Shown here: piece by piece, positions 1 through 9,082 of the stretch
How positions within the stretch are numbered: position 1 is the stretch's first letter
Layout of the letters: the number at the start of each line of letters is the position of its first letter
Origin: an uncultured delta proteobacterium
Lineage (GTDB): Bacteria; Desulfobacterota; Desulfuromonadia; Desulfuromonadales; CAWANI01
NCBI GenBank assembly: GCA_963783365.1
Contig: CAWANI010000009.1
Span: 484,625 to 548,624, forward strand
DNA length: 64,000 nucleotides
Direction of reading: 5' to 3'
Notes under the pieces: generated by a model
The model's input: only the letters and a program-made list of their open reading frames with translations
Told to the model about the DNA's origin: nothing
Database searches by the model: none
Program-made: the position numbers and the translations under genes

Positions 1-736
1 GTCCCTCTATGCCTGGTTTTTCTGCAAGCGCCAGGGCCTGAAGACCGTGCCCCGTCCGAGCTTCGCGTGAGGTCCTCTGCGGTGCTGCGCGAGAGCATCT
101 GGGCGCTGCTGTTGCCGGTGGTGATCTTCGGCGGCATCTATTCGGGCATCTTCACCGCCAACGAAGCGGCGGTGGTCGCCTGCTTCTACGCTTTTTTCGT
201 CGAGATCTGCATCCACAAGGATATGAAGCTGCGCGACGTGAAAAAGGTCATCGTCGCCTCGGCGGTGACCTCCTCCACCCTGCTGCTGATCGTCGCCGGC
301 GCCTCGGTCTTCGGCGAATACCTGACCTTCGCCCAGATCCCCGGACAAGATCGCCAATGCCGTGGTTGCCAACATCCAGACTCCCTGGGTCTTCCTGCTG
401 GCGGTCAACGTCCTGCTGCTGGTGGTGGGGATGTTCATGGACATCATCTCCGCCACCCTGATTCTGACGCCGATTTTTCTGCCGCTGCTCTCCCGCTTCG
501 GCATCAGCACCCTGCACTTCGGCTTGCTGATGACCCTCAACCTGGGCATCGGCTACTGTACGCCGCCGTTGGGGGTCAGCCTCTACATCACCGGCGCGGT
601 GGTCGATCGCGACCTGCTCTATGTGTCGAAGGCGGTGCTGCCGTTTATCCTGATTCAGATCGGAGTGCTGCTGGTACTGACCTTCTGGCCCGATCTGGTT
701 CTGCTGCTGCCGCGCCTGGTTTACGGTCACGGCTGA
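1..736 (+). CDS. dctM: TRAP transporter large permease (C-terminal part; frameshift near 345)
   Basis: WALLLPVVIFGGIYSGIFTANEAA then LLVVGMFMD...HFGLLMTLNLGIGYCTPPLG in a second frame; starts before the window. Confidence 0.88.
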
Positions 737-779
737 GGGCGCGATGCGCTTCCCTTCTTTTCTCTGAGATAGAGGAGAT

Positions 780-1205
780 ATGAACACTAAGATCCTGGTT
801 CCCCTGGACGGCTCCAAGACCTCGGCAAAAACGGTACGGGCCGTTACCTCCCGGAAGGAGCGCTTTCCCGTTCCTCTGACTCTGCTTCATATCGTCGATC
901 TGGATCGGTTGGCCTACCGGATGATCCCCGAATTCCAGGTGGAAATGGTCAGGGAGCAGGCCCGCAAGGCGGGCGAGCATCTGCTGGAAGAGCAGCAGAA
1001 ACTGTTCACGGTGGCCGGCATGTCCACCGAGCTGCGTCTCGAGTTCGGAGTTCCCCGGGAGGCGATCTGCCGCATCGCCAACGACGAGGATTTCCAGCTG
1101 GTCATCCTCGGGCGCCGAGGGCTGGGGGAAATTCGCGATGTGCTCTTCGGATCGGTGGTCAATCACGTCCTGCACCATGTGCGCTGTCCGGTTCTTCTGT
1201 TCTGA
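780..1205 (+). CDS. Universal stress protein
   Basis: KILVPLDGS N-terminus, ILGRRG...LFGSVVNHVLHHVRCPVLL C-terminus; GAGGAG RBS. Confidence 0.93.
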   Translation: MNTKILVPLDGSKTSAKTVRAVTSRKERFPVPLTLLHIVDLDRLAYRMIPEFQVEMVREQARKAGEHLLEEQQKLFTVAGMSTELRLEFGVPREAICRIANDEDFQLVILGRRGLGEIRDVLFGSVVNHVLHHVRCPVLLF

Positions 1206-1285
1206 TCCCCTTGAGAAGAGGCTCTGCCGCGATAAACTGATGAACAGAGAACCGATCCATTCAGCCTTTGCGGAGGGAGCCAGTC

Positions 1286-1945
1286 ATGAACCCCGATCAG
1301 CAGATCGTCCATCAGGTCGAAGGCGTCTTCACCCGGAATGCCCATCTCGCCACAAATCACCGGAGCCTTGAGATCCACTGTGATAGTGGCTACGTAACTT
1401 TGAACGGTACCGTCGATTCCGTGGCCGCCAAGCGGTTGGCTTCTTCACTGGCAGGCTCCGTCACCGGTGTCAAAGGGGTGGAGGATCGCCTGCGGGTCGC
1501 CACTGCCGATCCCATGGGGGATTTGGAAATCGCCGACCACATCCGTCATGCCTTCATTCAGGAAGGAAATCTCGAGGAAGGCGGTATCGAGATCGAAACC
1601 GATCCTGACGGCGGAGTGATTCTGCGCGGGGTGGTCCATTCACTGATTCAGCGTCGCTTGTGCGAGGTTCTCTGCTGGTGGGTGCCGGGCGTCACCGAGG
1701 TGCGCAACCTGCTCGTAGTCAACCCCGCCGAAGAGGATTCCGACGAGGAGCTGCGGGACAACCTCATCACCATCCTGGAGAAGGATGTGCTGGTAAATCC
1801 GAAGAAATTCCGCGTGGAAGTCCAAGGATGTCGGGTGACCCTGCGGGGGCAGGTCGATTCGGAAACGGAGCGGGACGCGGCAGAAAACGACTGTTGGTAC
1901 ACGCCGGGGGTCGAAGACGTGGACAACCGTCTGACGGTCGCCTGA
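1286..1945 (+). CDS. BON-domain protein (three BON repeats)
   Basis: Repeated VTL.G.V.S...A.....GV..V.N.L.V motifs; GGGAG before ATG 1286. Confidence 0.88.
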   Translation: MNPDQQIVHQVEGVFTRNAHLATNHRSLEIHCDSGYVTLNGTVDSVAAKRLASSLAGSVTGVKGVEDRLRVATADPMGDLEIADHIRHAFIQEGNLEEGGIEIETDPDGGVILRGVVHSLIQRRLCEVLCWWVPGVTEVRNLLVVNPAEEDSDEELRDNLITILEKDVLVNPKKFRVEVQGCRVTLRGQVDSETERDAAENDCWYTPGVEDVDNRLTVA

Positions 1946-1973
1946 GCCGAAGGGCTCTGTCTCTTTACCTATG

Positions 1974-3422
1974 CTAGCTGCCTGGTGCCAGATTGGCTGT
2001 GGCGGAGCGGGTGGCCTGTGCGAGCTGCGGCTGGTCCTGCCCGGTCTTTTCGAGTAGGGCCACGAGGGGCCGGATGGCGATCTCGAACCGGTGCCGCTCC
2101 TTTCGGCCGAGGGGGCTGCCGGCCGGAAGGTGAACCGTCAAGGGGTTGCGGGGAGTGCCGTTGACGCGGATTTCAAAATGTAGATGTGGCCCCGTTGTCT
2201 CTCCCGTTTCGCCGACATAGCCGATGATCTGCCCCTGGTGGACGTAACTGCCGCGGTGCAGGCCGCCGGCGAAGCGATGCAGATGCGCATAGCGGGTCGA
2301 ATAGGGGCCGAAATTCTTTATTTTGACCAAGTTGCCGTAGCCGCCGTCCCTTCCGATGTAGGTGATCCGGCCGTTGCCGGCGGCTCTCACCGGTGTCCCG
2401 ATGGGGGCGGCCAGATCCACGCCGTAGTGCGGCCGCCAGACATGGACCACGGGATCGAAGCGGTGCAGGGAAAAGGGCGAGCTGACGCGGGTATAGTGGA
2501 CGGGGGTGCGTATCAGGGTCGGATGCATGGACTTGCCGCTGCTGTCGTAGTATCCGGCATCGCTGCTCGAGCCGGAAAAGCGAAAGGCGTGCACCGACCG
2601 GTCGGGAAGCGTGAGCTCGGCTGCCAGAATGGGGCCCGGGGCCAGCTTCTTTGAGCCCGCAAACCGTTTGTCGTAGACCAGGGCGAAGCGGGTCCCCGGT
2701 TGGATTTGCCGGCGAAAGTCGATGCGCCAGTGGAAAATTCTGACGAACTCGGCAGCCAGGGAAGGGCTGAGACCTGCCTGCTGCAAAGCTTCGGAGAGGG
2801 TTTCGCGGACGACCCCCTGCACTTTGATCTTCTTCGTTTCCGGCTGCAGGTGATCGACCTGGGCCTTCAGACCATCGGGACTATCAGTCACGATCAGGGT
2901 ATCCAGGGGGGTCTCCTGGTACCGCAGGTCGGTGAGGTGGCCGCTCGGATCAAGGCGCAAGCGCAGTTGATCGCCCGGATGGAGAAGCCGCAGGGTTTTT
3001 ACCGCAGGGCCCAGAGTCATCACCCGAGCACATGTCGCTTGGTCCAATCCCGCCCGGGCAAACAGGTTGGACAAGGTATCCCCCGGATCAACCTGGAGCG
3101 TTTGCCACCGGGGAGGGGGGGGCTCCTCATGTGTCTGGACCGGTTGGTTTGCCGCATCGGTGGGGGAGGTTGTTGCTACCGTGGCTGGGGAGGATTCGGA
3201 GGAGGTAGAGAGGGAGAGAGCTTTGCTGGTTGGAGCGGCATCCCGGGAGGCGGGGCGCATAAGAACCGCGGCCGAGAGCACGAGGACGCCGACCAGGCAA
3301 AGGCCGATCCCGAATCGCCAGGGGGATCCGGCCGCTGCGTTTTGCCACGTGCGACGCACCAGCCCCGCTGTGAGATCCGCGCCGACGCGGAAAACCCCGT
3401 CTTTGCGGCCCGGAACCGCCAT
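1974..3422 (-). CDS. M23 family peptidoglycan DD-endopeptidase (OapA/MepM-like)
   Basis: TM anchor, Ser/Thr/Pro linker, LysM-like PGDTLS, HYGVD and GPHLHFE zinc motifs. Confidence 0.9.
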   Translation of the reverse strand: MAVPGRKDGVFRVGADLTAGLVRRTWQNAAAGSPWRFGIGLCLVGVLVLSAAVLMRPASRDAAPTSKALSLSTSSESSPATVATTSPTDAANQPVQTHEEPPPPRWQTLQVDPGDTLSNLFARAGLDQATCARVMTLGPAVKTLRLLHPGDQLRLRLDPSGHLTDLRYQETPLDTLIVTDSPDGLKAQVDHLQPETKKIKVQGVVRETLSEALQQAGLSPSLAAEFVRIFHWRIDFRRQIQPGTRFALVYDKRFAGSKKLAPGPILAAELTLPDRSVHAFRFSGSSSDAGYYDSSGKSMHPTLIRTPVHYTRVSSPFSLHRFDPVVHVWRPHYGVDLAAPIGTPVRAAGNGRITYIGRDGGYGNLVKIKNFGPYSTRYAHLHRFAGGLHRGSYVHQGQIIGYVGETGETTGPHLHFEIRVNGTPRNPLTVHLPAGSPLGRKERHRFEIAIRPLVALLEKTGQDQPQLAQATRSATANLAPGS

Positions 3423-3942
3423 GGGTCGCTTTTGTGCGATCCTCCGTCCACTCCTCAAAAGAAAAAACCCTCCCTGTCCGCAATTCAGGCGGACCGCACT
3501 CCTGGCATCACCGCTGCAAGTCAGCCGGTAGGCGATTTCTTGGCCTGCTTGTTCGTTCGTATCCGGCAGTCTTCATCTCCCATGGTGTTTACAACAGGCG
3601 CCCCCCCTCCGTCAATCCCAAAGATGATGAGCGCCGCGTTATTTTTCTGTGAAAGAGAAAAAAACGGGACCGCCCGCCGACCGGTAATGGAGGCGCAGAG
3701 AAAGGTCAAGGGGCGCCGACTCTCCCCGGTGGCGGCTGAAAACCGTGCCGGCCAGAGGGCAATGGAGGGGATAGAATCCATGAGGTGAAGATAGCGGGTC
3801 GACGGAGGGCGTGCGTCTCTTCCCCCACCTTCCGGCGAGGCGGGTTCGGCGATGGAGTGCATCGGCGCCCTTTTCCTTCCCGGAAAAAGGGCGGATCGTT
3901 CCCGGGCCCGGCAGAGCCGCGGATACGGAAGTATCTCTTTGG

Positions 3943-4419
3943 TCAGACCGGGGTCAATTCCTGGCGATGCTCCCATAGTCCGTGAAGATTGCAGTATTCG
4001 CGGACGATCAGGGTCACCGGCTTATCCAGCTTCAGGGTAAAGGTTGCCTCCGGCTCGTTCAACTCGGGCCAGAATTCGCCCCGTCCGACAGGAGCGTTTC
4101 CAGCGAACAGATTTACCCAGTGAATGTAATGATCGGGGACCATGGGATGCAGGGTTTCGCCGATCGCGACCGAGACCCGAAAAGGTTTCCCCGCACGGAT
4201 TTTCTCGTGAACGGTGATGACCGGGACGTGAAGTTTATCGAGTGGGGTGGAGGGCGTTTTGGCCCGGTTGATCCCCTCAAAAAGCGACGGGTCGACCTTG
4301 TTGTAGGTCATCAGCTTGCCCCCTTCGCTACGGGCGAAAGCTGCAGGGGCTCCGGCCAGTATCCCACCGGTGAGCAGGGCTGAATTCATTAGAAAATCGC
4401 GGCGTTTCATCGGATTCAT
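3943..4419 (-). CDS. Superoxide reductase (neelaredoxin-type domain) with twin-arginine signal peptide
   Basis: KRRDFL...AFA signal; ligand motifs HVP, HPM...HYI.W, CNLHGLW; GGAG upstream. Confidence 0.85.
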   Translation of the reverse strand: MNPMKRRDFLMNSALLTGGILAGAPAAFARSEGGKLMTYNKVDPSLFEGINRAKTPSTPLDKLHVPVITVHEKIRAGKPFRVSVAIGETLHPMVPDHYIHWVNLFAGNAPVGRGEFWPELNEPEATFTLKLDKPVTLIVREYCNLHGLWEHRQELTPV

Positions 4420-4453
4420 GGGCCTCTCCTTTCTGGGGTCATGGGTCAGGAGG

Positions 4454-4531
4454 ACTATAGCGCGCCGTGGTGGACAGTCAAGGCAGGAGCGGGAAAAAGT
4501 CTTGTCGAACCGCAGAACAATGCTATATACT
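4454..4531. promoter_or_regulatory. Divergent sigma70-like promoters (SOR gene and small ORF)
   Basis: Minus strand TTGACT-16nt-TATAGT (4481-4454); plus strand TTGTCG-16nt-TATATA with TG extended -10 (4502-4529). Confidence 0.5.
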
Positions 4532-4560
4532 GAAAGGACGATTATTTGGAGGTATAAACG

Positions 4561-4710
4561 ATGGACATTCTCGCTCTTCTCGGCGTTCTCGCCGTCTGGT
4601 TCATTCTGAATCGCTGGGTTCTGCCCAAGATGGGAATCCAGACCTGAATGGCAGACAGCTGCACCCTTCCCGTGCGGAAGGAAGGTAAAGAAAAAAAAGA
4701 GGAAGATTAG
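4561..4710 (+). CDS. Small single-pass membrane protein, candidate selenoprotein (TGA at codon 29)
   Basis: GGAGGT RBS 7 nt before ATG; MDILALLGVLAVWFILNRWVLPKMGIQT-TGA-MADSCTLPVRKEGKEKKEED-TAG; hairpin 4665-4681 after the TGA. Confidence 0.72.
4665..4681 (+). other. Putative bacterial SECIS hairpin
   Basis: CCTTCC/GGAAGG stem, loop CGTGC, 23 nt between TGA (4645-4647) and loop. Confidence 0.55.
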
Positions 4711-4985
4711 TAGGCTATTAATTCTAAAGCCTACAAAGTCACCCATGCAATCACTCTTTGGGTGTCTGTCACACCAAGAAATAGATACGGGGTCAAATAG
4801 ACTCGGGGTCGGGCTTGTCGTGGCAGAGTATTGTACGGATTTATATTTTTCAGTAACGTTATATTTCTCCTTAAAATCGCTCCTTGCCGTCCGATTCCTC
4901 GACGTTTCCGCCGAACTCGAAGCGCACCGCATTGCTCCTCAAGGCGCCGCGGGCCGAAATCCCCCTTTGCAAAGAAGCGAAGACC

Positions 4986-7131
4986 TCATCCGCGCCGCCA
5001 GGCGTGGAAGCGTTCCACCCAGCGCAGCAGTTGTTGCGGAGCATGGTCCCGCTTCCAGACTCCGGCCGCCATTTTGTTCGCCTCGGCCAGAGTCGGGTAG
5101 GCGTGGATCGTGCCGAGGATCTTGTTCAGGCCGAGGCAGTGCTTCATCGCCAGGACGAATTCGGCGAGCAGGTCCCCGGCATGGTCGCCGACGATCGTCA
5201 CGCCGAGGATTTTGTCTTTGCCGGGCGGGGTTAGAACCTTGACCCAGCCGCGCTCCTCCCCCTCGGCGATCGCCCGGTCGAGCTCTTCCAGCTCGAAGCG
5301 GGCGACCTCGAAGGGGACTTTCTGCTGCCGGGCCTCGGCCTCGTTGAGACCGACGCGGGCCACTTCGGGGTCGGTGAAGGTACACCAGGGGATGACCCGG
5401 TAGTCGGCCCGGAATTTTTTGAGCTGGCCGAACAGGGCGTTGACCGCCGCGTACCAGGCCTGGTGGGCGGCGGTATGGGTGAACTGGTAGGGGCCGGCCA
5501 CGTCCCCGGCGCAGAAGATGTTCGGAAAATTGGTGCGCAAAAAGGGGTCGGCGTCGATGGTGCCGCGCTCATTGAGGCGCACCCCCAGCTCCTCCAGGCC
5601 GAACCCCTGGTGTGGGGCTTGCGGCCGACGGCGACCAGAATGGCATCGAAGGGGACCTCGACCCGCTCGCCGTCCCGCTCGCAGACCAGGAGCTTACTCT
5701 CCCCCTCGAACAGCACCTCCTTGGCGGCGTGACCGGTCAGCACCCGCACCCCTTCGGCCTCGAAGCGGCTCCGGATGAATGCGGCGACCTCCGCGTCCTC
5801 GCGCCCCATGCAGCTGCGGCACCATCTCCACCTGGGTGACTTGGCGAGCCGAGGCGGGCGAAGGCCTGGGTCATCTCGCAGCCGATGGGGCCGCCGCCGA
5901 GGACCACCAGCCGCTCGGGCCGCTGGCGCAGCTGCCAGAGGTTGTCCGAGGTCAGATAGTCGATCCGGTCGAGCCCGGGAATCGGCGGCACCAAGGGGGA
6001 GGCGCCGGTGGCGAGGATGATGGCCCGGGTGGTCAGGGTGCGGCCGTTCACTTCGACGGTGTAGGGGGAGGTGATGCGGGCCTCGCCAGCTAATCACCTC
6101 GACGCCCAGGTCGCGTGTAGCGCTCGACCGAATCGTGGGGTTCGACCTTGCGGATCACCGTCTGCACCCGCTCCATGACGGCACGAAGTCGATCGCGGGG
6201 GGCTCTCATCGAGGCCGAACTCCGCCCCCCGCCGCCGATAGGCGCGCCATTTTGGCGCTGCGGATCAGCGCCTTGCTCGGCACGCAGCCGGTGTTGAGGC
6301 AGTCGCCCCCCATCCGGTGCTTTTCGATCAGGGCGACCTTCGCCTTCACGGCCGCGGCGATGTAGCTGGTGACCAGCCCCGCGCTGCCGGCGCCGATCAC
6401 CACCAGGTTGTAGTCGAAGCGTTTCGGCTTGGGAAACCCGGCCAGGCTTTGGCGCGACTTGAACACGTCGAGAACCTTTTTGGCCAGCAGCGGGAAGAGC
6501 CCGAGCAGGACGAAGGAGAGGAGCAGCCCGGGGGAGAGGATGCCGGAGAGATGTTCGATCCTGGCCGAGCTGGGTGCCGGCGTTGACGTAGACCGCCGTG
6601 CCCGCCAGCATGCCGAGCTGGCTGACCCAGTAGAAGGTCCAGGTCCGGCATCGGGGTCAGACCCATGACCAGGTTGATGACGAAGAAGGGGAAGAGGGGA
6701 ACCAGCCGCAGGGAAAAGAGGTAGAAGGCGCCTTCCCGTTCGATGCCGGCGTTGACGGTCTTAAGCCGCTCGCCGAAACGCTCCTGCACCCAGTCGCGCA
6801 GCAGAAAACGGCTGACCAGAAAGGCCAGGGTGGCGCCGATGGTGCTGGCGAAGGAGACGACCACCAGCGCCGGCCAGAAGCCGAACAGGGCGCCGCCGGC
6901 CAGGGTCATGACCGCCGCGCCGGGCAGCGACAGGGCGGTGACGGCGAGGTAGAGGAGGAAGTACGCGGCCAAAGTCATCAGTCGATGGGCGGCGTAGTAG
7001 CCTTGAAACGCCTCCTGCCGTGCCTTGAGCTCGGCCAGGGTCAGAAAGCGTTGTAAATCCAGGGCGAAAAAGAGCCCGATCAGCACGGCAAGAACAATGA
7101 AAATGACGATTTTTTTCCAGCGACCTGCCAT
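4986..7131 (-). CDS. DedA/TVP38 membrane domain fused to FAD-dependent pyridine nucleotide-disulfide oxidoreductase (multiple frameshifts)
   Basis: TALSLPGA..LAGGALFG, LRLVPLFPFF; VIGAGSAG, GGDCLNTGCVPSK, LGGGPIGCE, FTDPEVARVG, IHAYPTLAE across frames. Confidence 0.88.
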
Positions 7132-7190
7132 GATGACCTCCTGAAGCTCCCCTGGAGAAGCAGCCTCCCCCGGGGCACAACCCGGATTTT

Positions 7191-7499
7191 TTATTTTCCC
7201 TCTGAACAACTGGCGCCGCAGACAAAACATGAGTAACAGCGGTGATGGCCGAGCAGAACACGCCGCGCCATCGCCTCGTGCAACGTTTCGCCAAGATCAT
7301 AGCTTTTGACATCGTCGACCAGGGTACAAGCATAGACCCCGCATTGACCGTTCTTCCGGACAATCATTTTACTGAAACTGCACATAAAAGCCGCGCGCTG
7401 CCCGGCGCTCAGGTAGCGGGTCATGCAGGTTTCGGTAATTTCCGGACCCATGGGAAGCGCGCCGTTCAGATGATTTGTTGGGGATTGAATCCTCTGCCG
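7191..7499 (-). pseudogene. Cys-rich C-terminal remnant resembling a radical SAM protein tail
   Basis: PEITETC...FMCSFSKMIV...YACTLVDD...HHRCYSCFVCGASCSE; no CxxxCxxC core and no room upstream. Confidence 0.5.
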
Positions 7500-8087
7500 T
7501 CAGACCTTGAGTTCCAGCAACGACCGCAGGGTTTCCAGGGTGCGGGCGAGGGGGCCTTCCTCTTTTTTCATCCGGGATTGCATGATCGCACCTTCCACGG
7601 TGGCGACCACCAACTCGGCCAGACAGGGTGCCGGAAGGTCCCGACGAACCTGTCCGGCAGCCTGTGCAGCGGCAACGGTTTCCTGCAGCTTGCCGATCCA
7701 CTCGGTGAAAACTTCACTGGCTACCCCGACGAATTCGGGCGCGGTGTCGCTGGTCTCCAGGGCGGTGTTGCCCCACAGGCAACCGCCGACGAAGCCGCTC
7801 TCCCGATGCTTTTCCAAGGCCTGGCGAAAGAAATTGTCCAGGCACGCACCCGGAGAAACTCCCTGCAGGGAGGCGTCGAGGAAATGAATGAAACCTCCCT
7901 TGGCCCTGCGAAGAACCTCAAGACCTACCTCCTCCTTGCCGGGAAAGTGAAAGTAGAGATTACCTTTGGTCGTCCCTGTGGCGGCCAGAAGGTCGTTGAC
8001 GGTTGTCGCTGCAAAGCCTTGACGGTTGAAGATTCGGGTTGCACCTTCAAGGATTTTTTCCCGAGTAATTTCTCCCTTGGTTGCCAT
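7500..8087 (-). CDS. TetR family regulator, NemR-like
   Basis: HTH GFAATTVNDLLAATGTTKGNLYFHF; GGCLWGN sensor-Cys motif. Confidence 0.9.
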   Translation of the reverse strand: MATKGEITREKILEGATRIFNRQGFAATTVNDLLAATGTTKGNLYFHFPGKEEVGLEVLRRAKGGFIHFLDASLQGVSPGACLDNFFRQALEKHRESGFVGGCLWGNTALETSDTAPEFVGVASEVFTEWIGKLQETVAAAQAAGQVRRDLPAPCLAELVVATVEGAIMQSRMKKEEGPLARTLETLRSLLELKV

Positions 8088-8102
8088 AAATTGATCTCTC
8101 CC

Positions 8103-8128
8103 ATAAATAGACCGTTCGGTTTATTTAT
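8103..8128. promoter_or_regulatory. Palindromic TetR/NemR-type operator
   Basis: ATAAATAGACCG-TT-CGGTTTATTTAT (one mismatch) just upstream of the TetR start; TTGACA on minus strand at 8160-8155. Confidence 0.7.
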
Positions 8129-8331
8129 ATCCTCTTATCATCCAGATATATTTTTGTCAAGAAATCAAGGGAAAACCGCGTGGGTATTACACCGAGGGGG
8201 AAAGAATTCATTCGCGGGAAGAAATCGCGAGCCTCGGAAAAATAAATAGGGAGAAATCTCATTCCTCTCCCTGGAAGACATGAAAAAATGCGAAAGGCTC
8301 CAGCTTGACGAATCCTAAACAGGGGTGGTCC

Positions 8332-8522
8332 ATGGATTTTACCCAAATGAAAAAAAGTTCACCCGCAAGAAGGTATTGTCAGTTTCCGACACGACACCAT
8401 TCGAACAACCGACCAAACCCTTCCCGCTTTTAAAACCGCTACAGCAATGCCGAGTGGCCTTGGTGACCACCTCAGGCGCTTTCCTTCAAAGTCCTTACCT
8501 CGCCCCCTTTCTCTGGTCTTGA
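8332..8522 (+). pseudogene. Degenerate 5' remnant of a glycine/betaine/sarcosine/D-proline reductase protein B-like gene
   Basis: MDFTQMK start, then shifted frame PFPLLKPLQQCRVALVTTSG; ends abruptly. Confidence 0.45.
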
Positions 8523-8563
8523 GAACCCCGTAATAAATTCCCAGGTCTCCCTTTAGCACCTCC

Positions 8564-8580
8564 TTTAAGGCTTCCTTAAG
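8564..8580 (+). promoter_or_regulatory. OmpR-family (PmrA/BqsR-like) direct-repeat box
   Basis: TTTAAG-N5-CTTAAG about 75 bp upstream of the PepSY gene. Confidence 0.45.
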
Positions 8581-8654
8581 ACTTTCCGACTATCGTGGCA
8601 ACCCATGGCGGGCAGAGGCCCGCCAATGTCAGCCACCTCTTAAAGGAGCCAAAA

Positions 8655-8978
8655 ATGAACAAAAGGGAAAAACACACATTCACTCTTCCTGCCCTTCTGG
8701 TGGGAGCAGCCTTTTTGCTGGTTTCTTCCCAGGCTTTTGCCCTGACCGGCAGCCAGTATAAAAACGAGGCCAAAGTCACTTTGCAGCAGGCACGGCAGAT
8801 CGCGCATAAAGCGTGTTCCGGCAAAATCGTCGATCAGGAACTGGAGAAAGAGGGCGGCGGCAGCGGGCTGCGTTACTCCTTCGATATCCGGCATGGGAAG
8901 ACTGTCCATGAAGTCGGCATCGACGCCAAAACCGGCAAAGTCCTCGAAAACAGCGTCGAGGGCCCGAACGCCGACTAA
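8655..8978 (+). CDS. Secreted PepSY-domain protein
   Basis: Signal peptide ending AFA; ELEKEGGGSGLRYSFDI...EVGIDAKTGKVLEN; AAGGAG RBS. Confidence 0.88.
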   Translation: MNKREKHTFTLPALLVGAAFLLVSSQAFALTGSQYKNEAKVTLQQARQIAHKACSGKIVDQELEKEGGGSGLRYSFDIRHGKTVHEVGIDAKTGKVLENSVEGPNAD

Positions 8979-9082
8979 TCCTCTGAAGCTCTTCCCCCCT
9001 GCCCATCCCCTCCCCGGGGATGGGCAGGGAGACATTCGTGTCTATTCCCCTTTTTCGCAACACCCTAAAGGCCGAACTTCTT

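Noticed and set aside
4791-4817. Tandem ATAGA..CGGGGTC duplication
   Set aside because: Only two short copies; may be REP-like debris but cannot be supported as a feature
4986-7131. Mercuric reductase merA
   Set aside because: No NmerA domain, no C-terminal Cys-Cys pair, no mer operon
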